DNA from: a virus
Lineage: Duplodnaviria > Caudoviricetes
IMG/VR virus record: IMGVR_UViG_3300033066_000778
Coordinates: 64,001-128,000 of that record
Length of the DNA: 64,000 nt
Strand: one strand, 5' to 3'
Part shown: piece by piece, positions 29,567 through 37,823 of the stretch
Position numbering within the stretch: the first letter of the stretch is position 1
How the letters are laid out: every line of letters begins with the position of its first letter
Notes under the pieces: generated by a model
What the model was told of the DNA's origin: nothing
Databases searched by the model: none
Seen by the model: only the letters and a program-made list of their open reading frames with translations
Translations under genes and position numbers: made by a program

Positions 29567-29643
29567 TGGCGGGTATGAGGAGATTTGAACTCCCGTTCTC
29601 TGACGTGACAGGCCAGCGCTTTTGACCGCTAAGCTACACACCC
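29567..29643 (-). tRNA. tRNA-Asp(GTC)
   Basis: Cloverleaf, loop CT-GTC-AC, CCA. Confidence 0.95.
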
Positions 29644-29738
29644 GTAAGTAATGGACTAGGTAGGGTTACTGGCAGTACTTGCTCCCTACTCCTCAAAGTC
29701 TGAGTGACCGCGATCATTGAAATCTACTAGTCCAAAAT

Positions 29739-29814
29739 TGGCTGGAGCGGAAGGATTCGAACCTTCATTAGCTGGGTCAGAGCCAGCGTTCCTGACCAAT
29801 TGAAAGACGCCCCA
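29739..29814 (-). tRNA. tRNA-Gln(CTG)
   Basis: Cloverleaf, loop CT-CTG-AC, CCA. Confidence 0.93.
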
Positions 29815-29817
29815 ATA

Positions 29818-30045
29818 TTACCTTGCTATGTCTTTACCCTTTTCATAGATTGAAATTCCGTCGTTACAGTTACGAGTAGGGCACTTAACTATCATACTTC
29901 TTAACCTACCGTTGAAGTACATTACTTGTGTTAATGAAAGTGCTTCTTCCTCGTCTAGTTCTACTTCACACTTACAGTTATAGCATTTTCCTGCGTAAAT
30001 AACGTTGACTTTTTTTGGGAGAATGCCTTCTTTAATTATTCGCAT
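29818..30045 (-). CDS. Small Zn-ribbon protein
   Basis: CYNC...CPTRNC. Confidence 0.7.
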   Translation of the reverse strand: MRIIKEGILPKKVNVIYAGKCYNCKCEVELDEEEALSLTQVMYFNGRLRSMIVKCPTRNCNDGISIYEKGKDIAR

Positions 30046-30217
30046 TTCTTTTTCCTACTGCGCCAGAAAGCCACAGTCCAAAGTTCCATGCACCAAACAT
30101 TGCGAATAATGTATGAACGATGTCAACAGCAATCATAGCCATGGTATAGTTTAGGAGAGTAAGAATGAGTATTGAATACATCAAAATAATTACAACGTAA
30201 ACTTTTTTATCAGTCAT
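30032..30217 (-). CDS. Small two-TM membrane protein
   Basis: Two hydrophobic segments. Confidence 0.65.
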   Translation of the reverse strand: MTDKKVYVVIILMYSILILTLLNYTMAMIAVDIVHTLFAMFGAWNFGLWLSGAVGKRNANN

Positions 30218-30252
30218 GGTTTTTTTACTATTCCTTACAACAAATACAAAGT

Positions 30253-30342
30253 TGGTGAAGCGAGTATGATTCGAACATACGATGGGGTTATTAGTCCTAC
30301 GGGGTTACAGCCCGTTTCCTTCAGCCACTCGGACATCGCTTC
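30253..30342 (-). tRNA. tRNA-Tyr(GTA)
   Basis: Cloverleaf, loop CT-GTA-AC, long variable arm, CCA. Confidence 0.93.
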
Positions 30343-30375
30343 GTTATATTAAAATGGCGGGAGAACGAAAATCTT

Positions 30376-30936
30376 CTACTGAGAATTTTCTAATTGTAAT
30401 AGCTGGTAAATAGCGTAATTACTTTCTATTTTATGCCTACGCCTATGACAATTAGAGCACCGAACGTCACACTTAGCAATTTCTTTTTCTACTAATTCCC
30501 AAGTACAGTTATTTTTGGCCATACTGGAAATGTTGTACTCTTTATTTCCTTGATGATCAAATTCTAAGACTAAAGGATCTTTCTCTCCACAGTCAACACA
30601 AAAGTGTGTTTTAAAGTAAGCCAAGATATTTTTGTAAATTAAAAATTTACGATTATTACTGTAGAGCTTAGCCCTATCAATATATTTAGCTTGATTACGC
30701 TTATAGTGTATATTACCCGCTGCGTTTTGACAAGTCTTGCACACATTTTGTATACGCCCAGACTTACTATCTTTTAAGTTAAAAAATGCCCTGTCAAAGT
30801 AGCCTTTACAAGCTAAACAGATTATTTTACCATCTTCTCTTATCCTTGATGCTCGGCGCTTTTTGCTATTACATTCTCTGCAAGACTGTGCTCTTTTACT
30901 TTTTTCTTTAGTGCATATCGGACATATATTATTCAT
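30376..30936 (-). CDS. HNH homing endonuclease
   Basis: CVDCG...LEFDH...EIAKCDVRCSNCHRRRH. Confidence 0.88.
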   Translation of the reverse strand: MNNICPICTKEKSKRAQSCRECNSKKRRASRIREDGKIICLACKGYFDRAFFNLKDSKSGRIQNVCKTCQNAAGNIHYKRNQAKYIDRAKLYSNNRKFLIYKNILAYFKTHFCVDCGEKDPLVLEFDHQGNKEYNISSMAKNNCTWELVEKEIAKCDVRCSNCHRRRHKIESNYAIYQLLQLENSQ

Positions 30937-30943
30937 ACAAAAT

Positions 30944-30972
30944 AATGTACACTAAAAAAAGCAAAATGTCAA
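30944..30972 (-). promoter_or_regulatory. Sigma70-type promoter TTGACA-N17-TACATT for HNH
   Basis: ATG is 7 nt after the -10 box; adjoins 16-bp IR at 30971-31012. Confidence 0.7.
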
Positions 30973-31019
30973 GGCAGTCTCTAAAATCATATAAAGTTTT
31001 AGAGACTGCCTTTCTAATA

Positions 31020-31094
31020 TGGCTCGGTTGGTAGGAATTGAACCTACGACAGTTCGATTAACAGTCGAACACTCTACCACTGAGTTACAACCGA
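31020..31094 (-). tRNA. tRNA-Asn(GTT)
   Basis: Cloverleaf, loop CT-GTT-AA, CCA. Confidence 0.95.
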
Positions 31095-31102
31095 ATGAAA
31101 CT

Positions 31103-31177
31103 TGGAGCACTGAAGTCGATTCGAACGACTGAATAGCAGGGTTGCAATCTGCCCTCTTACCACTTGAGTATCAGTGC
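31103..31177 (-). tRNA. tRNA-Cys(GCA)
   Basis: Cloverleaf, loop TT-GCA-AC, U73, CCA. Confidence 0.92.
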
Positions 31178-31188
31178 GTTATTTGAAA

Positions 31189-31267
31189 TGGGACCGGGAA
31201 CTGGATTTGAACCAGTGATCTCTAGCTTATGAGGCTAGCGTGGTAGACCAGACTGCACCATCCCGGT
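31189..31267 (-). tRNA. tRNA-Met/Ile2(CAT)
   Basis: Cloverleaf, loop CT-CAT-AA, C discriminator, CCA. Confidence 0.88.
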
Positions 31268-31536
31268 ATAGGTATTGGTAGCTCTAAGGGCAAAAGGCCA
31301 TGGTTGGTGAATTCAGCGTTAAGGAGGTCAACGTATGAAAAGAACAACCTTAAAAAGCTACCAATCTTTTAAACTAAGAAATGGTAGGAATAGCCCTTCG
31401 AAAAGGAGAGGGGGGACATCTCTGAGGAAGAGTTTCCTAAGAGCTATTCCTACCGGGGACTTACAGATTCAGTTTTCAAGGGTCCGTTGTTCGTCAACCG
31501 CGAACACTGTAAAGATGAGCCGTTTGGGTTGAGATG

Positions 31537-31740
31537 TCAAGGCTTCTTCTCAGGTTTCTCTTTTCTTTGCTTTACAAGGATATTATACGCCTCAACCATT
31601 GCTTCTAGGAGTTTTGCGTTATTTCCATAAAGTAAAATGACAGGGGTATTACTTGTATCGTCCGTATACGTCACTCCAGCAACGTAAAGCTGATCTGGCA
31701 TTTTTCTGGAACGTGGTGGTAGAACTTTAAGCTCTCTCAT
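31537..31740 (-). CDS. Hypothetical protein
   Basis: Coupled ORF. Confidence 0.65.
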   Translation of the reverse strand: MRELKVLPPRSRKMPDQLYVAGVTYTDDTSNTPVILLYGNNAKLLEAMVEAYNILVKQRKEKPEKKP

Positions 31741-32137
31741 TAATTGTATCCTTTATTACCTTGGCTTGGCGTTCACTTACTTTAGTGCTTTTCTCTTGAA
31801 TGTAAATAGTTAGTTCTTGCTGAATAGCCTGGACTAACGGGGTCATAAGCTCATAGTATTTCTGTTCATTGAGCTTAAGTCTACTTTTAAGTTCCTTGCT
31901 CTCCTTACTAGAGAAAAACAATGTACTTACATCTCCTGGTAAATCCCTTGCGGCCCATTCAGTTAGTTTGGTCATCTGAGCCTTAAACTCTGATAAGGAC
32001 TCATCCAAGATATGTTGTAAGGATTTAATTTCGTCTACATATCTTTGACGGATTTTTTCTACACTTTTAATGTGCCAGTAACGAATACTCAAAAGAAGCA
32101 TTATACAAACGACTGTAGTAGCGAGGATAGAAATCAA
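31727..32137 (-). CDS. Membrane-anchored coiled-coil protein
   Basis: N-terminal TM segment. Confidence 0.65.
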   Translation of the reverse strand: MISILATTVVCIMLLLSIRYWHIKSVEKIRQRYVDEIKSLQHILDESLSEFKAQMTKLTEWAARDLPGDVSTLFFSSKESKELKSRLKLNEQKYYELMTPLVQAIQQELTIYIQEKSTKVSERQAKVIKDTINERA

Positions 32138-32343
32138 AGGTTTTTCTCCATCAGTTGAGCTTTAGCAATAGCTACTGTGATATCCGGTGCTTTATTTGAA
32201 TCGAGTAAAACTGCTGCTCGCATGAATACTCTTATACACTTACTTAATGTCCATCCATGCTTTTCAGCGGCTAATTCAAATAGCTTTTTATCTTGAAGTG
32301 ACATTACGAGTAAAAGTTTATGAACGTTTGGATCATCTGCCAT
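32134..32343 (-). CDS. Ribbon-helix-helix-like protein
   Basis: KKLFELAAEKHGWTLSKCIRVFM. Confidence 0.55.
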   Translation of the reverse strand: MADDPNVHKLLLVMSLQDKKLFELAAEKHGWTLSKCIRVFMRAAVLLDSNKAPDITVAIAKAQLMEKNL

Positions 32344-32596
32344 GTAACCACTCTAAAAACTTAACTGGAAGGCCGTAAGCACCTATGATAATAGTGATGA
32401 AAGGAGCAAGACAAAATAATGCAATCTTATTTACATTACCTATCATCTTGTACTCTAACTTCGCTAACATCCAATTATAACTACCGATCCAAGCTGGGAT
32501 ACCGACGAGAACAAAAAGAGCAACACAAAAAATAGTTGTTAGTACCAAAATTAAAAACCTCCTATTAAATCTAGGAGGTTTTTGTTGTTTTGTCAA
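32333..32596 (-). CDS. Two-TM membrane protein
   Basis: Two hydrophobic helices. Confidence 0.6.
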   Translation of the reverse strand: MTKQQKPPRFNRRFLILVLTTIFCVALFVLVGIPAWIGSYNWMLAKLEYKMIGNVNKIALFCLAPFITIIIGAYGLPVKFLEWLHGR

Positions 32597-32611
32597 TAGT
32601 ATGTAAGAAAC

Positions 32612-34456
32612 TTACATTCTACCCGTCCAAAAGTCGAACACGAAACCTCGTCGAACGTATTCGTATGGCATTTTAAAGTAGCCTTTTAATCCCCAATTAG
32701 GCCCCCAAGAATTTCGTACTATCAGGAATCCACCGCCTTTATAGTCTTTGGTTTCTTTATACCCAGTTACGCAATTATGTACTGCTACCCCATTTGCTAC
32801 GTAGGAGTTGTCCTCTTCGACTTCAAAGTTATACACTTTTCCTTGGTAGGGTTCTTTACTTATACTACTTATTTTAGAAACTAAATAACTATCACTATAA
32901 ATACTTTTGTGATTAGTTCTTACTTGTTCTAATTCTTCGTTTGTATTATGTAGGTAAACCATGTAGTTTGGCCTACAGTTTATAGTTTTTCCTTTTATTA
33001 TAGTACTCCTTGCTTTTCGTTTGGTCACTGAAAAAAGTAACCGAAGCCTTTTTAGCATAAAAAGTAGTTGGTCTTTCAATGACTCCTCTGAAGTTGAGAT
33101 TGAGACACCCGTTGGTGTTTTGCACCCATCGGTTTGATACCATCCTGCTACAAAGAACTTTTGAAAAAAAGTAGGCGCGGTTAATATGCTATATGGAATG
33201 TTTTTCTGGTGTGCAACCCCGCAGATCCCACCAACCTTTAGCGCTAACTTAGTGTCGTAACAAACTAAGTTAATATGCTTATCAAAATTGTCGATACCAA
33301 CACTGTTTAAGCTATACTTTTTAAGCAGTTCTTTACACCTGTCTATTAGTTCAGGGTAGTCTTTTCCAAAAGAAAAACGTAATTTCGCACTCTTAACATT
33401 ACTGTTTTTACTATATCTGACAGCTACATTACCATCACCAACATACATTCCGAGCAACTCGAAGAATTCTTTTTCGTATATAACGTCGTCGTCTACTGTA
33501 ACCTCATCGTATATTGGAGAGTATAGTAAGTTACCATGCCGTAATTCTTCTGCTTTGGTCCAACCAATATTTTTTTCGAATGAATTAGTTCTTTTTGTTT
33601 GTACTAGCTTTGTTTGTACCGAATACTTTTTCGTAAAGATTGGGTGATCTCCAGTGACACATAAGTTTTCACCACAGTTATTTTGTATCGTATAAACTTC
33701 TTCGTCTATCTCCCTAGAAGAAAGGGAAAGGACTCGTCTAAACTTTCCGGTGTGCGTTAATACCTCATCTCCAACTTCTACGTCTTCGATAGGAAGAAAT
33801 CCATCTTTTGTTGTAATTGTAGTTCCCGGCAAACAACAAAGAGCGTGACCGCCTAAAGCTTGTTCTGAATTAGCTGGAATTTGAAGTACGCCCTTTTTAG
33901 CCATTTCTTGTGATTCCATATAAGGGAAAACTTCCATTCCTATTACTACGGGGTATCCGTTAGCTATACTATTCTTTAATTCTAGAATGTTTCTTAAAGC
34001 AAAGGTAGAAGGAAGTCTATACTTTTTAGCTTCTTCGATTTCTTCTGGTGAAGGAGCAACTTTAAAGTCCTTGATTATATAAGGATCTCTTTGTTCCGTA
34101 CAAGATCCATATTCTTGAATAACTTGCATTCCTACACGAATCGTCATTCCAGAGTCTTCGTTTATCGTTCCTTCTTGCCTTCGGGCCATATAGTAGTGAA
34201 ACAACCGACTTAATCTAGTTGCGTCACTATTTGTCTTGAGTAGGAGGAATTCCCTTAAACCAGAAACGATAGCATGACTACCACAACTACCCAAAGAAGA
34301 CTGGTTAGTAATAGGAGAACACTGTGAGCTTAAGTCTACAAACTTAGGAAGTTCTTTAATCTGCTTCGTAGCCTGGATCTTGAAGTCAGAAGATACTGTC
34401 CTAGAATGAGAAAGGTTGTAAATACCTTTTGTCGGAACTAATTCACTTTTAGGCAT
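32612..34456 (-). CDS. Papain-family (C1) cysteine peptidase with intein
   Basis: VDL...PI.NQ..LGSC, GGHAL/CVTGY, IVRNSWG.NWG.KGYF.MPY. Confidence 0.92.
   Translation of the reverse strand: MPKSELVPTKGIYNLSHSRTVSSDFKIQATKQIKELPKFVDLSSQCSPITNQSSLGSCGSHAIVSGLREFLLLKTNSDATRLSRLFHYYMARRQEGTINEDSGMTIRVGMQVIQEYGSCTEQRDPYIIKDFKVAPSPEEIEEAKKYRLPSTFALRNILELKNSIANGYPVVIGMEVFPYMESQEMAKKGVLQIPANSEQALGGHALCCLPGTTITTKDGFLPIEDVEVGDEVLTHTGKFRRVLSLSSREIDEEVYTIQNNCGENLCVTGDHPIFTKKYSVQTKLVQTKRTNSFEKNIGWTKAEELRHGNLLYSPIYDEVTVDDDVIYEKEFFELLGMYVGDGNVAVRYSKNSNVKSAKLRFSFGKDYPELIDRCKELLKKYSLNSVGIDNFDKHINLVCYDTKLALKVGGICGVAHQKNIPYSILTAPTFFQKFFVAGWYQTDGCKTPTGVSISTSEESLKDQLLFMLKRLRLLFSVTKRKARSTIIKGKTINCRPNYMVYLHNTNEELEQVRTNHKSIYSDSYLVSKISSISKEPYQGKVYNFEVEEDNSYVANGVAVHNCVTGYKETKDYKGGGFLIVRNSWGPNWGLKGYFKMPYEYVRRGFVFDFWTGRM
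32774..33838 (-). mobile_element. Intein with LAGLIDADG-type endonuclease in C1 peptidase
   Basis: CCLPGT...VTGDHP...GMYVGDG...GWYQTDG...YVANGVAVHN/C. Confidence 0.9.
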
Positions 34457-35529
34457 TATGGTTTAGCTCCTTTCTTTACTGGCCCTGCGGATACGTTTTT
34501 AGCATCGGGGTTGGACCGTACTGCTGCTTTACGCCGTGGTGGTGCTCCTGAAGGTGGCTTATCTGCTTTAGATGACCCGGATTGCACTGGAGTGTCTGTC
34601 GTTACCGTTGGAATACGGTGAATTTTTGCCTCTTTAGCTTCTTCTGGAGATGGATTTTCAATTGGTTCCGGACCAGAAGTTGTTGTTAGATTCGTTAACG
34701 TTGCCCCATTAACGTCCTGTACATTGTGCGCAACAGCTCGCCGTAGCCCTTTAAAAAAGCTGTGCATACTTGGTTCTGGACTTTCTTGACTCTGAGCAGG
34801 GGCAGCGGAAGGTGTCGTAGCTGGTGCCGCTGTAACAGTCGTTTGTGCTTTTGCTGTACCACCTTCCATGGCCTTAGTAGCATCCGCTACTGATTGCGGG
34901 TGCGGTGCAGAAGGAGAAGCCTGTTGCGTCGGTGTAGCAGTGGGAGGATTTGGTGTCTTTGGAGCAGGAGGTTTAGCTGTCTGTGATGGTGATGCAGACG
35001 AGCCCATTTTTAATGTTCCTCTTTGCATCGCAGATCTAAAATCAAAACCAGATGCTGGTGGCTTTGGTGAAGAAGAAGGTGAAGAAGAAGGTGAGGAAGA
35101 AGACCGCCCTGAAACTGGTTTATAACCAGAAGCAGCTTCTTTCTTTAATGCCTCCTCATCTCTAGACGTAGAGATTGGTGCAGAAGCATTCATTACACGA
35201 TCTCTTAGAGGATTAAGGACACTTTTCCTAAACTCAACTGGTTCTTGAGCAATTCGCGCTGTTTCTGTATTAGCCCTATCCTGCCTTTCAAGGTTCTTGG
35301 CTTCTTTTTTATACCCCTTCATTATATCTCCAACATTTTTTTTAGCCGCTCTAACTTGAGGATGATCTATAATGTCGTTATCAATAGCAAAGTTCTTTAC
35401 GCCAACACCAATATTCTTTAAACCAGTAAGAAGTTTATTCCCTGTATTTTTTAATCCTGTTCGAACATTTAGTTCGTTCAGTTCCTGCTGTTCCTGTATT
35501 ACTCTAAATAATGTTTCGTTAAAACTCAT
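34456..35529 (-). CDS. Low-complexity Pro/Ser/Ala-rich protein, probable internal head protein
   Basis: N-terminal IQE/LNE sites; SSSP repeats. Confidence 0.65.
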   Translation of the reverse strand: MSFNETLFRVIQEQQELNELNVRTGLKNTGNKLLTGLKNIGVGVKNFAIDNDIIDHPQVRAAKKNVGDIMKGYKKEAKNLERQDRANTETARIAQEPVEFRKSVLNPLRDRVMNASAPISTSRDEEALKKEAASGYKPVSGRSSSSPSSSPSSSPKPPASGFDFRSAMQRGTLKMGSSASPSQTAKPPAPKTPNPPTATPTQQASPSAPHPQSVADATKAMEGGTAKAQTTVTAAPATTPSAAPAQSQESPEPSMHSFFKGLRRAVAHNVQDVNGATLTNLTTTSGPEPIENPSPEEAKEAKIHRIPTVTTDTPVQSGSSKADKPPSGAPPRRKAAVRSNPDAKNVSAGPVKKGAKP

Positions 35530-37235
35530 TAGGATTTTCCTCTTTTAATTAGGTCACGCGGATTATTAACGGAAGCAATGAGTTCATTGCGTTTTTCCTC
35601 AGGTATACCCCGTTGTGCAAGAACGCGGTGAACATAAGAAAAACTACGCTCATTTTTAAGGGCTCGCCATTCAGCGGCCATACTTTTTCTATCGCCCATT
35701 TTTTCTTCGCGTCTCTTTACGTCAGCTGCCTTGTCTAACTGGACACGAAATGCTTTTGCCGGTTCATCAGACTGTTGAACGGGTCTATCTGCAAAATGCT
35801 TAGCAGCTAGTGAAGCATAAACAGGATCGTGCTTTAATCCTTGCGGGTGCGGTAAGTGAAGACCAGATACATAATCTGAAAGTGTTCTATCCTGGCTATT
35901 TGGGTCTTCTTTTGTCTTTTTTAGAATATGCCGTTCGCCAGTTAAGTACCTATCCGTTAAAAACCGACCTGTTCCTGCTGGATAATGCTCTTCTGGATTA
36001 AACCCTTCAAAATAACGCCTTACTATTTTTACTGCGTGTTCTGGACTCGTTGGTTTCTCACCATACGTAGACTCAATATGCCCTTGTAATTTAGCTGTTG
36101 CTTTTGGATCTCGGAAAGAAGCATTAGCTAGTCTTTCGACGTGATCATAAAAATGCCCTTTTAGCTCTTCATCGTCGTGTAACGTCGCGGCCATATCATG
36201 AAGACCTAAAGACTTAACGGCATGGTCGCGTACCTTAGCAGCTTCCAAAGACGATTCAGTAAATCGCTTCATAAACTTGCGACCGGCTGCCCTTTGTGCT
36301 GATGCTCCTGCTACTCTAGCTCTATACGCTTCAAGTGACCCTAATGACCTTCCGGTTCCTACACCTCTTAATAGTTTAGAGTTAGGATTTTTACCTGCTG
36401 TACCTGCCGTAGCGGAATCTTGTACAGACATAACACCTGTACTGAGTCCTTCTTTACCTCTCGTTAACCCTTCTATCGCTACGTCCTTATCTCCAGTTGT
36501 TCGTACACCAGGACCAGATGCAATAAGGGTTTGACGAGTAGCATGTTGTCTACTACCATGAAGAGCTTCGTCAGCCATACCAAATGCTGTTGAACTTTTC
36601 TTTGGAATTGTTGCTTTTGGTTCAGTTAAGTTAATTACATGCTTAACAACACTACCTAAATGTTCGGTTGGCGACTTAAACATATGTGGATTCATTCTAA
36701 GTGCAGCGCCGTGTGGTGTAACTTCCGTAGAAAAGATTTTTCCGTTAAACGGATGATCATCTGGAAGATCTAATGCGCTAAAATCTACGTGTATTTTCAT
36801 TGGCGGAAGTTTTACTTCGCCTAACGCTTCTACCGTATCGTCAGAAAGTACTTGTTGATTATTCCTGTTGACATACTCATTTGGAATATGCTGTAAAAGT
36901 CGGGTTGCACCACCTGACCATTTATTAGTAGCAGGATCTTTTTTACCCTGCATGTACTGAACCATATGTGACTTAAGTTCTTCTTTAGCGTCCGCGTGTT
37001 GTAATACATGATTAACTACAACACGATGTGGATCTGTACTATGCGCCATTTTTTCCTGTAAAGCAGGAAGATCCTTTAGAATATCAGGATCTGTTGGAAA
37101 GTGAACAAACGTTTGTCCATGAACAAATTTTTGTTCACCTTCACTTAAGAAGATAGAAAAATCCTCGTCTAAGATGTGTTCTCTTAGATAAAGGTTCTCT
37201 TCGTAAAGTTCACTATAAGTATCGAATATGTTCAT
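35529..37235 (-). CDS. His-rich protein, probable internal head protein
   Basis: Acidic leader with LYE/LRE/LSE sites. Confidence 0.65.
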   Translation of the reverse strand: MNIFDTYSELYEENLYLREHILDEDFSIFLSEGEQKFVHGQTFVHFPTDPDILKDLPALQEKMAHSTDPHRVVVNHVLQHADAKEELKSHMVQYMQGKKDPATNKWSGGATRLLQHIPNEYVNRNNQQVLSDDTVEALGEVKLPPMKIHVDFSALDLPDDHPFNGKIFSTEVTPHGAALRMNPHMFKSPTEHLGSVVKHVINLTEPKATIPKKSSTAFGMADEALHGSRQHATRQTLIASGPGVRTTGDKDVAIEGLTRGKEGLSTGVMSVQDSATAGTAGKNPNSKLLRGVGTGRSLGSLEAYRARVAGASAQRAAGRKFMKRFTESSLEAAKVRDHAVKSLGLHDMAATLHDDEELKGHFYDHVERLANASFRDPKATAKLQGHIESTYGEKPTSPEHAVKIVRRYFEGFNPEEHYPAGTGRFLTDRYLTGERHILKKTKEDPNSQDRTLSDYVSGLHLPHPQGLKHDPVYASLAAKHFADRPVQQSDEPAKAFRVQLDKAADVKRREEKMGDRKSMAAEWRALKNERSFSYVHRVLAQRGIPEEKRNELIASVNNPRDLIKRGKS

Positions 37236-37240
37236 TACAC

Positions 37241-37813
37241 TTATTCAGACTTACCGTCACCTTCGTCAGAGTCTTCGGGTTCTTCTGTATCATTTACTTC
37301 TTCACTATCAGCGTCACCTTCTACAAGATAGCTAGCAAGAGCAATTAAAGATTCAGTAATAAACTCTGGGGCATCATCAGCTTCTAGAGCTTCAGTCATA
37401 TTGATTAGGAAATCAATATTATCTGTCGTAGGATTCTCTACGATAGTGACAAGATCCTTAGCTTGCTTCGTATAGCCAACTTCTTCTAATGAGTTGACGA
37501 TATAATCAAGGCTATTTGGATTAGTAAACATATCAGAAAGAGATTCTTCCATTGGGTTTCCGTGCATCATTACGTTATCGCCCTGACCTTCAACAGACTG
37601 ATTCTGTTGGAAGGCAACGGCTTTCTGGTAATCAGCTGAACTTGATTGCATAAAGGGCCATGAAGGACTTCCAAACCATTCGCCAGAAAGCATCTGACGA
37701 GCAGTTCCACCCTTAGCAGTTAAGTCATTATTATCGGGTGTAGTATTGTAAGGACCAGTCGTGAAGGCTTCTTTTAGAATTCTTGTTACGATCTTATCAA
37801 CGTCGATTTTCAT
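37241..37813 (-). CDS. Acidic hypothetical protein, probable head core component
   Basis: N-terminal ILKE; acidic tail. Confidence 0.65.
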   Translation of the reverse strand: MKIDVDKIVTRILKEAFTTGPYNTTPDNNDLTAKGGTARQMLSGEWFGSPSWPFMQSSSADYQKAVAFQQNQSVEGQGDNVMMHGNPMEESLSDMFTNPNSLDYIVNSLEEVGYTKQAKDLVTIVENPTTDNIDFLINMTEALEADDAPEFITESLIALASYLVEGDADSEEVNDTEEPEDSDEGDGKSE

Positions 37814-37823
37814 AGTTATTTCC

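Noticed and set aside
31335-31532. + strand CDS with AAGGAGG
   Set aside because: Antisense to the tRNA operon and overlapping strong inverted repeats; left uncalled but not excluded.
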